Of a stretch of DNA of 24,000 nt, positions 9,771 to 15,891 are shown piece after piece. The DNA is taken from contig JALUBH010000037.1 of NCBI GenBank assembly GCA_027050775.1, forward strand, positions 70,674 to 94,673, written 5' to 3'. The DNA is from Campylobacteraceae bacterium. GTDB lineage: Bacteria > Campylobacterota > Campylobacteria > Campylobacterales > Sulfurospirillaceae. Made by a program: the position numbers and the translations under genes. The notes below the pieces were generated by a model that saw only the letters and a list, made by a program, of their open reading frames with translations, ran no database searches and was not told the origin of the DNA. Within the stretch, counting starts at the first letter, position 1. The number at the start of each line of letters is the position of its first letter.

Positions 9771-10207
9771 ATCAAGATACACTACAACCCGTGCCTCAAG
9801 GCAGATATTTACCATCTATCAGGCATTATGATACAATCTATACTTCAGGAATGACGCCTCGTGAAAATGGTGTGCTTAAATATGCAGGAAAAATTCAAAA
9901 AAACGGCTCATTTGAAACATATCATAAAGCAGTAGAGCTTGCAGCTAAAAATGCACTATTGTCAGCCCAAGACACTTTAAGGGAGAATGAGGAGATTTCC
10001 AAAATTCTTCAATTGGTGCTGTACTTAAATACAGAAGATGGATTTGACAAACACTCAAAGATAGCAGACTTTGCATCTAATTTTTTGGTCGAGAAATTAG
10101 GTGATAAAAGCATAGGCAGTCGTGTAGCAGTCGGAGCCAAAACACTGCCGTCAAACGCGATGGTAGAGATATCTATGGTTTGCATAGCAAATTTGAAAAA
10201 ACAATAG
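9767..10207 (+). CDS. RidA/YjgF/L-PSP-family protein (putative reactive imine/enamine deaminase)
   Basis: IYTSGMTP... and C-terminal GSRVAVGAKTLPSNAMVEI resemble the RidA-family signature, including the Arg. ATGA overlap with the aminotransferase gene. Confidence 0.75.
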   Translation: MNQDTLQPVPQGRYLPSIRHYDTIYTSGMTPRENGVLKYAGKIQKNGSFETYHKAVELAAKNALLSAQDTLRENEEISKILQLVLYLNTEDGFDKHSKIADFASNFLVEKLGDKSIGSRVAVGAKTLPSNAMVEISMVCIANLKKQ

Positions 10208-10220
10208 GAAAAATCGATTT

Positions 10221-10841
10221 ATGGATTTACAAAACTATTTAAACTATCTGGTAATCGCATTTTTTACCATCACCAGTCCCGGAGCTGCTATACTTTTGGC
10301 TATAAATACTGCCATGAGTCTGGATTTACGAGCTGTATTTTTCTCGACTATCGGCAATATTTTAGGGCTGTTTATACTCTCAAGTGTGGCGATGTTTGGA
10401 GTGGGGGTATTGCTCAAAACTTCCGCAGTGTTTTATACCGCACTTAAAATCATAGGGGCTATATATCTGATATATCTTGGAGTTACGCAAATTTGCAATA
10501 AACACATAAGCTTACACCTTGCAAAAGAGACAAAACATAGAAATTACAGTATCAAAAAAGTCTTCAAAAGAGGTTTCTTGGTAGCTGTGACAAACCCAAA
10601 ACCCATACTCTTTTTCAGTGCTATATTTCCACTGTTTATGGATGAGAAAAGAAGTATAACTTTGCAGTTTTTCATCATGACTGGAACTTTTATGTTTATT
10701 TCATTTTGTTCACTGATGTTCTACGGCTACATCTCCAAAAGAGCAAAAGCATGGTTTTTTGATGAGCAAAAACTAAAACTCTTCTATAAAATCTCTGGTT
10801 CATTGTTTATACTGATGGGAATAGGCTTGGCTTTTGTATAA
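10221..10841 (+). CDS. LysE/RhtB-family amino-acid exporter
   Basis: About six hydrophobic segments, 206 aa, family motif VTNPKPILFFSAIFPLF. Confidence 0.75.
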   Translation: MDLQNYLNYLVIAFFTITSPGAAILLAINTAMSLDLRAVFFSTIGNILGLFILSSVAMFGVGVLLKTSAVFYTALKIIGAIYLIYLGVTQICNKHISLHLAKETKHRNYSIKKVFKRGFLVAVTNPKPILFFSAIFPLFMDEKRSITLQFFIMTGTFMFISFCSLMFYGYISKRAKAWFFDEQKLKLFYKISGSLFILMGIGLAFV

Positions 10842-10869
10842 CTGACCTTACGAAACGTAAGGTCAGTTA
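10839..10869 (+). terminator. Strong hairpin after the LysE gene (candidate intrinsic terminator)
   Basis: Perfect palindrome TAACTGACCTTACG-AAA-CGTAAGGTCAGTTA (14-bp stem, 3-nt loop) that includes the stop codon. The downstream tract TTAATAATATT is only weakly U-rich. Confidence 0.5.
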
Positions 10870-10974
10870 ATAATATTGAGTTTAATTATGATAAAATTAT
10901 AGCATTAGTATCTAGGGCTTAGGAGTTAAAAAGTTACACAAGAAGATTATACCCAAACCAAGTAGGAGAAAAAA

Positions 10975-11304
10975 ATGGATAATATAACACATGAAAAGGG
11001 ATTTGATGTAGTTGCACCAAATGGGAAACTCGATACCATGTCAGCACCAAAATTTGCCAAAGAGTTGTCCCAAATACTGATAAATTGTAAAAAAAAGTGT
11101 ATCATAGATTTAGAAAATATAACTTTTTTATCCAGTTCAGGTTTACAGGCATTGCTTGGCGGAGTTAAAATGGCAAAAGAGCGAGGTATTGTTTTTGCAG
11201 TATGTGGTATGAATGAGATGGTTAATGATGTATTTATGATGTCTGGATTTGATAGATTTATAGTAAGCTTTAAAAACAAAGAGGAGGCACTTCAAAAGCT
11301 ATGA
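10975..11304 (+). CDS. STAS-domain anti-sigma-factor antagonist (RsbV/SpoIIAA-like)
   Basis: DLENITFLSSSGLQALLG matches the SpoIIAA phospho-serine motif (DLSFMDSSGLGVILG as recalled). 109 aa. AGGAG located 6 nt upstream. Confidence 0.85.
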   Translation: MDNITHEKGFDVVAPNGKLDTMSAPKFAKELSQILINCKKKCIIDLENITFLSSSGLQALLGGVKMAKERGIVFAVCGMNEMVNDVFMMSGFDRFIVSFKNKEEALQKL

Positions 11305-11684
11305 ATTGTTTGGAAATTAAGCCGAACAAACTCTCCGATGCTCTTGAGATTATTGAGTCATGGATAGATTGTCTTGCAGAAAAGCTAAGATATAAAGTGA
11401 TGCTCATCTGCGAAGAGGCCATAACAAACCAGATAAGACATGCCGCTTTTGAAGATAAAGAGCGATACATAGAATTTTGTTTTGACGAAAGAGATGATAT
11501 TAACTTGATTTTTAAAGATAATGCCAAAAAATTTGACCCTCTAAAGTCAAAAGACCCCGATGTTACAAAAGATCTAGATGATAGAGAACTAGGCGGTCTT
11601 GGTATATATATGATAAAAAAATATTCAAAAAATATAACATATCAATACTCTAACGGGTACAATATCTTGAAAGTTACAGTATGA
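11301..11684 (+). CDS. RsbW/SpoIIAB-like anti-sigma regulatory Ser/Thr kinase (GHKL ATPase)
   Basis: N-box EEAITNQIRHA and G2-box ELGGLGIYMIKK. 127 aa. ATGA overlaps on both sides. The G1 box reads DNAKKFD, which is atypical. Confidence 0.75.
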   Translation: MNCLEIKPNKLSDALEIIESWIDCLAEKLRYKVMLICEEAITNQIRHAAFEDKERYIEFCFDERDDINLIFKDNAKKFDPLKSKDPDVTKDLDDRELGGLGIYMIKKYSKNITYQYSNGYNILKVTV

Positions 11685-13537
11685 AAAGCATATCTAGTCG
11701 CTTCACTCTTGTTTCGGTTATTGTATCTGTTTTGACACTATTGTCAATCATATCGATAAACTACTTTTATGTAAAAAATGAACTACTAAAAAGCGCTAAT
11801 GATAAAGCAAGATTAGAGGTATATAAAGCACAAAATAAAATAAGCAAGATGCTTTTTAAAGCGATAAAATCATCAAATTCTGCCAAAAACCGACTCCAAA
11901 GAGATGGTTTGAAACAAAGTAGTATAACTCATATACTTACAAATACTCTTGAAAAAAATGAAAATATTTATGGTATGACGGTTGCCATGGAACCAGGAGT
12001 TGTATATAAAAAACCTTTTAGCCCATATTTTTATAAGAAAAAAGGACATATAGTCTATACAAACCTTGCTACAAAAGAGTATGACTATCTCTCTAAACAT
12101 TGGTATAGCGATGCAAAAATGAGTAAAAAACCAAAATGGAGCCAACCCTATTTTGATAAAGGCGGCGGCAATGCGTTGATGGTAACGTACAGTAATCCCA
12201 TATTTCAAGGTGGGAAATTTGCTGGAATTGTTACTATAGATTTGTCTTTGGAAAAATTAAAAAAAATCATAAACTCTATACATATATTAAAAAGTGGATA
12301 TGCTTTTTTATTGTCCAAAAAGAGTGCTGTACTTGTAAGCCCAAAAGGCAAGATGGTTATGAAAAGATATGATCAAGATACAAAATATAATCAAATCATA
12401 AAGTATAAAAACCAATGGGTGTATTACTCAAAAGTAAATAGTACAGGATGGATTTTGGGTGTAGTCATACCCAAAAAAGAACTATTCTATTCTTTGTATC
12501 AAATGACTTGGGTATTGTTGATGCTTGCATTTTTTGGTGTATTTACGCTTATCGTCTTTATATATATAGCAAGTAAAAGAATTACAAAGCCTCTAAAGAT
12601 TGTCATAGAAGTTACAAATGAGATTTCAAATGGTAATTTTGATAAAAAAATGGTCGAACCTAAAACCAAAGATGAAGTATATCAACTCTTTAAAGCTGTT
12701 GAAAAAATGCAAAAAGAGATAAAAACTTATATATCAAATCTAAAAATTGCAACAAAAAAAGAACAAAAGATAAAAAGTGAATTGGACATAGCCAGTAAAA
12801 TACAGATGAATATGTTACCTTCTGCACAAGAGTGCAAGGAAGATGATATTATAAACTTATATACTTTTTTGAAACCGGCTAAAGCAGTTGGTGGGGATTT
12901 TTATGATTTTTTTAGACTTGATGATGATAAACTCTGTTTTGTCATAGCAGATGTTTCGGGTAAAGGTATGCCAGCTGCTCTATTTATGGCAGTAAGCATA
13001 AGCTATATCAGGGCATTTGCGCAGCAAGAAACAAAACCTTCACAAATCATAAAAAAAGTCAACAAAGCACTTTGTCAAAACAATCAAGCAAATATGTTTG
13101 TAACTATGATTTTATCTATCGTAGATCTTAAAACAGGTGAGATGATATATGTAAATGCAGGACATACGAAACCGTATATTCTTTCTTCTAGAAATCAAAC
13201 TCTTAAACTTGAATACAACAATGACCCAATCATAGGTTTTATGCCTGATTTGGAATTTTGTGATCACTCCTTGCACCTTAAAAGAGGTGAAAAGCTTTTT
13301 TTATATACCGATGGTGTTAATGAAGCATTTTCAAAAGACGGTAAACAGTTTGGAGATAAAAATTTAGCAAAAATCCTTGATCAAAATAGAAGCTCAAACT
13401 CTCAAACAATACTCTCAAACATAAAAAAAGCTATATCTGACTTTACCAAAGACGAAGAACAAAGCGATGATATAACGATACTTATAGTCGAGTGCAGTAC
13501 ACCACAGGAAGCTACAGAGGTGCATGCGAACTTTTGA
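11681..13537 (+). CDS. Membrane-bound PP2C/SpoIIE-family Ser phosphatase with extracytoplasmic Cache-like sensor and HAMP linker (RsbU-like)
   Basis: TM1 at aa 8-31. Cache-like segment HWYSDAKMSKKPKWSQPYFDKGGGNALMVTYSNPIF..GKFAGIVTIDLSLEKL. TM2 is WVLLMLAFFGVFTLIVFIYIA. HAMP-like ITKPLKIVIEVTNEISNGNFD. PP2C motifs GGDFYDFF, ADVSGKGMPAALFMA, SDDITILIVE. Confidence 0.85.
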   Translation: MKSISSRFTLVSVIVSVLTLLSIISINYFYVKNELLKSANDKARLEVYKAQNKISKMLFKAIKSSNSAKNRLQRDGLKQSSITHILTNTLEKNENIYGMTVAMEPGVVYKKPFSPYFYKKKGHIVYTNLATKEYDYLSKHWYSDAKMSKKPKWSQPYFDKGGGNALMVTYSNPIFQGGKFAGIVTIDLSLEKLKKIINSIHILKSGYAFLLSKKSAVLVSPKGKMVMKRYDQDTKYNQIIKYKNQWVYYSKVNSTGWILGVVIPKKELFYSLYQMTWVLLMLAFFGVFTLIVFIYIASKRITKPLKIVIEVTNEISNGNFDKKMVEPKTKDEVYQLFKAVEKMQKEIKTYISNLKIATKKEQKIKSELDIASKIQMNMLPSAQECKEDDIINLYTFLKPAKAVGGDFYDFFRLDDDKLCFVIADVSGKGMPAALFMAVSISYIRAFAQQETKPSQIIKKVNKALCQNNQANMFVTMILSIVDLKTGEMIYVNAGHTKPYILSSRNQTLKLEYNNDPIIGFMPDLEFCDHSLHLKRGEKLFLYTDGVNEAFSKDGKQFGDKNLAKILDQNRSSNSQTILSNIKKAISDFTKDEEQSDDITILIVECSTPQEATEVHANF

Positions 13538-13651
13538 CACCAGAGCAAATTTTGCACGATAATTTACTTTATCGAAAATTACTCTCTAAGTGGTCGGATA
13601 AAGACTTAAAAGAAAAGAGAAATAAAGTAAATCCGGTTGATTGATAGACCT

Positions 13652-14209
13652 TTAAGGATGAGGGATTTTGATTTTTGAGTTTAGGCTCCAAGCTGTTATA
13701 ATCATAAGTATGATGATTGATGTTGTAGTAAATAGACCTGCTAAATTTCCTAGATAAAATACCCATAAAAGTATAGCACCAAGTGGAGTTGGAACTCCTG
13801 TAAAAAACTTTTCTACCTCCCCGGCATCTGCATTGATATTGAACTCTATCAATCGTCTGAGCCCTGAAATCACATAACAAATACTTACAATTCCGGCTAT
13901 AAAAAGCCAAAAACCACTCAAGTTTGCCAGATAAATAGCCTGAAAGATGAAAAATACAGGCACTAAAACAAAGCTCAAGAAATCGGCAAAGCTGTCTAAT
14001 TGTATGCCAAATTCGCTCGATAAGTTATATTTTCTAGCCACTTTCCCGTCCATGATGTCAAATGCACCGCCCATCCATGCAAAAACTGCCGCCCATAAAA
14101 AGATATTTTGAGATATGAGATAGGTAGCTATAAGACCGGCTGCTATATTTGAGAAAGTTATCAGGTTTGCAAGATTGAAGTGAGAGTTGCTTGAGTATAA
14201 AAATTTCAT
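13652..14209 (-). CDS. pssA: CDP-alcohol phosphatidyltransferase, most like CDP-diacylglycerol--serine O-phosphatidyltransferase
   Basis: DIMDGKVARKYNLSSEFGIQLDSFADFLSF fits D-G-x2-A-R-x8-G-x3-D-x3-D. The G..LDS.AD variant is PssA-like. Multi-TM protein of 185 aa. Confidence 0.75.
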   Translation of the reverse strand: MKFLYSSNSHFNLANLITFSNIAAGLIATYLISQNIFLWAAVFAWMGGAFDIMDGKVARKYNLSSEFGIQLDSFADFLSFVLVPVFFIFQAIYLANLSGFWLFIAGIVSICYVISGLRRLIEFNINADAGEVEKFFTGVPTPLGAILLWVFYLGNLAGLFTTTSIIILMIITAWSLNSKIKIPHP

Positions 14210-14235
14210 TTGTCTATTTCCTTTTTAAAACATGT

Positions 14236-14241
14236 ATTATA
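14236..14241 (-). promoter_or_regulatory. Candidate -10 box (TATAAT on the minus strand) for pssA
   Basis: The minus strand reads ttgTATAATacatg, about 27 nt upstream of the pssA ATG. AAAGGAAA RBS lies between them. Confidence 0.35.
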
Positions 14242-14249
14242 CAATAAGT

Positions 14250-14278
14250 TTGACAGATTTAAGAAGCTAAGTTACAAT
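14250..14278 (+). promoter_or_regulatory. Candidate sigma70-type promoter for the ThiF/MoeB operon
   Basis: TTGACA (14250-14255), a 17-nt spacer, then TACAAT (14273-14278). Caveat: the predicted start site would sit at or inside the AAGGA RBS (14284-14288), giving a very short leader. Confidence 0.45.
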
Positions 14279-14294
14279 ATCATAAGGATAAAAA

Positions 14295-15107
14295 ATGCTA
14301 AAAACCGAATTTAATGATGAAGAGATAGAGAGATATGCTAGGCATATCATATTAAAAGGCATAGGCATAGATGGGCAGTTGAAGCTTTTGAATTCTAAAG
14401 TTTTGATTGTGGGAGCAGGAGGACTAGGAAGTCCGGCTGCTTTGTATCTAGCAGCTGCAGGAGTCGGTACTATCGGTATAGCCGATGGTGATGTTGTAGA
14501 TTTAAGCAATCTTCAAAGGCAGATTATTCACACAACGGATGACATAGGTATAGCCAAAACAAAATCGGCAAAACAGAAGATGTTGGCGATAAATCCAGGC
14601 ATCAATGTCGTCACTTATGACGAGTACCTGAATGCTTCAAATATTTTAAATATAGTAAAAGAGTATGATTTTATCATAGATGGAGCTGATAATTTTGCTA
14701 CAAAGTTTTTGATAAACGATGCTTGCGTACTTGCAAACAAGGCTTTTTCGCATGGTGGAATTTTGAGGTTTATAGCTCAGAGTATGACTATAGTTCCTCA
14801 TAAATCAGCCTGTTACGCTTGTGTGTTTGATTCACCGCCACCAAAAGATAGTGTGCCCACTTGTTCGCAAGCTGGAGTTTTAGGTACGGTTGCAGGAGTT
14901 TTGGGGAGTATCCAAGCAACTGAGGCAGTAAAATATATAACAGGCAATGGAGAGCTTTTGATAGATAAGCTTCTGATTGCCGATATGATGAGTATGGATT
15001 TTGATAAGATAAAATTTCACAAAAATCCTGAGTGCAGAGTTTGCGGAAAAAATGGTATCAAAAAATTGAGTGATTATGAACAAAACAGTTGTGAGGTGAA
15101 GATATGA
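14295..15107 (+). CDS. ThiF/MoeB/HesA-family E1-like adenylyltransferase
   Basis: RYARHIILKGIGIDGQ, nucleotide-binding VLIVGAGGLGSPAALYLAAAGVG, DLSNLQRQIIH, conserved Cys in PTCSQAGVLG, and zinc-type CxxC pairs (CYAC, CRVC). No rhodanese domain. Confidence 0.88.
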   Translation: MLKTEFNDEEIERYARHIILKGIGIDGQLKLLNSKVLIVGAGGLGSPAALYLAAAGVGTIGIADGDVVDLSNLQRQIIHTTDDIGIAKTKSAKQKMLAINPGINVVTYDEYLNASNILNIVKEYDFIIDGADNFATKFLINDACVLANKAFSHGGILRFIAQSMTIVPHKSACYACVFDSPPPKDSVPTCSQAGVLGTVAGVLGSIQATEAVKYITGNGELLIDKLLIADMMSMDFDKIKFHKNPECRVCGKNGIKKLSDYEQNSCEVKI

Positions 15108-15328
15108 GCAGTGTAAAAAAAGATTTTAGAGGCGTAAAATGTCCGGTAAATTTTGCTAAGACAAAGTTGGTTTTGGCTGGCATGAAAAAAGGTGAGATTT
15201 TGGAACTTCTTATAGATGATGGCTCAGCTATAGAAAATCTTCCGGGTTCAGTCGAAAAAGAGGGACATGAAGTCCTTTCAAAAGAGCCTGTAGGTGATGG
15301 CGGTTGGTGTATAATCATAAAAAAATGA
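15104..15328 (+). CDS. TusA/SirA-like small sulfur-carrier protein
   Basis: FRGVKCPVNFAKTK...GEILELLIDD aligns with E. coli TusA as recalled (LGLRCPEPVMMVRK...GETLLIIADD). The active-site Cys is present but CPxP reads CPVN. ATGA overlap with the upstream gene. Confidence 0.8.
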   Translation: MSSVKKDFRGVKCPVNFAKTKLVLAGMKKGEILELLIDDGSAIENLPGSVEKEGHEVLSKEPVGDGGWCIIIKK

Positions 15329-15783
15329 GACTTTTTATAGACGGAGATGCCTTTCCAAACCTTTTAAAACCGATAGTTTTGAAAGCTATAGAGAGATTAG
15401 GGTTGGAGACTTTTGTTGTTGCAAATAAAAAGATAAACATAGGAAAATCAAAAAATATCACATATATAATCGTCAAAGCAGGAGCAGATGAGGCAGACAA
15501 TCATATAATCGACATGCTTGAAGCAGGAGATTTGGTTATCACTGCCGACATCCCACTAGCTGATAGAGTGATAACAAAAAATGCCCATGCCATAGACCAC
15601 AGAGGCGAACTTTATAGCGTAGATAATATCAAACAGTACTTAGCTATGAGAGATTTGATGCAAGCTATCAGAGAGAGTGGGGAGATGACAAAAGGACCAG
15701 CGGCTTTTGATAAAAAAGATGCCCAAAAATTTGCAAATCAGCTAAACTCTTTCTTGATTAAATACCAAAATTCCAATAAATAA
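15325..15783 (+). CDS. yaiI: YaiI/YqxD (UPF0178, DUF188) family protein
   Basis: MRLFIDGDAFPN...AGADEADNHII...AGDLVITADIPLA aligns along its length with E. coli YaiI as recalled (MTIWVDADACPN...AGDLVITADIPLA). I prefer the ATG at 15325 (ATGA overlap with the TusA-like stop) over the tracked TTG at 15304. Confidence 0.85.
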   Translation: MRLFIDGDAFPNLLKPIVLKAIERLGLETFVVANKKINIGKSKNITYIIVKAGADEADNHIIDMLEAGDLVITADIPLADRVITKNAHAIDHRGELYSVDNIKQYLAMRDLMQAIRESGEMTKGPAAFDKKDAQKFANQLNSFLIKYQNSNK

Positions 15784-15819
15784 AGCTCGTTATAATTGTA
15801 AAAACTAGAGTTTCCACAA

Positions 15820-15827
15820 CCCCCCCC
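15820..15827. repeat. C8 homopolymeric tract (G8 on the minus strand)
   Basis: The sequence reads ccacaaCCCCCCCCatatt. I saw no other G/C run longer than 5 in the window. Confidence 0.95.
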
Positions 15828-15854
15828 ATATTAGATATGAATTAAGTTTTATTT

Positions 15855-15863
15855 TGGTAAAAT
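15855..15863 (+). promoter_or_regulatory. Candidate extended -10 promoter (TGgTAAAAT) for the chemoreceptor gene
   Basis: TGGTAAAAT lies 29 nt upstream of the ATG at 15892. AAGGAG RBS at 15879-15884. Confidence 0.4.
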
Positions 15864-15891
15864 TCTCACATTAAAACGAAGGAGAAAAGAT

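Noticed and set aside
10947-11279. 110-aa minus-strand ORF covering the STAS gene, and similar antisense ORFs (for example 1061-1261, 2061-2408, 4362-4607, 5062-5391, 11873-12208, 14880-15083, 22588-22845)
   Set aside because: All lie antisense to or overlap ORFs with clear family motifs. They have low-complexity or Ser/Leu/Phe-rich composition typical of shadow ORFs in AT-rich DNA, and I recognise none.
13557-13574. Hairpin CGATAA-TTTACT-TTATCG between the convergent phosphatase and pssA genes, as a bidirectional terminator
   Set aside because: The 6-bp stem is mostly A/T and has no U-tract on either strand. It is too weak to call.
13569-13910. 113-aa minus-strand ORF overlapping the 3' half of pssA in another frame
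   Set aside because: It overlaps the CDP-alcohol phosphatidyltransferase frame, which carries the diagnostic motif. Its translation is Cys/Arg/Tyr-rich and unlike any family I know.
15304-15324. Upstream TTG start for yaiI given by the ORF track (MVYNHKK extension)
   Set aside because: The ATG at 15325 forms an ATGA overlap with the preceding stop. It also matches the N-terminus of E. coli YaiI as recalled (MTIWVDADACPN versus MRLFIDGDAFPN).
15290-15328. GDGG near the C-terminus of the TusA-like protein, considered as a ubiquitin-like GG tail for the adjacent E1-like enzyme
   Set aside because: The GG lies 7 residues before the C-terminus, no JAMM-type protease is nearby, and the protein aligns to TusA (active-site Cys context) rather than to ThiS/MoaD.
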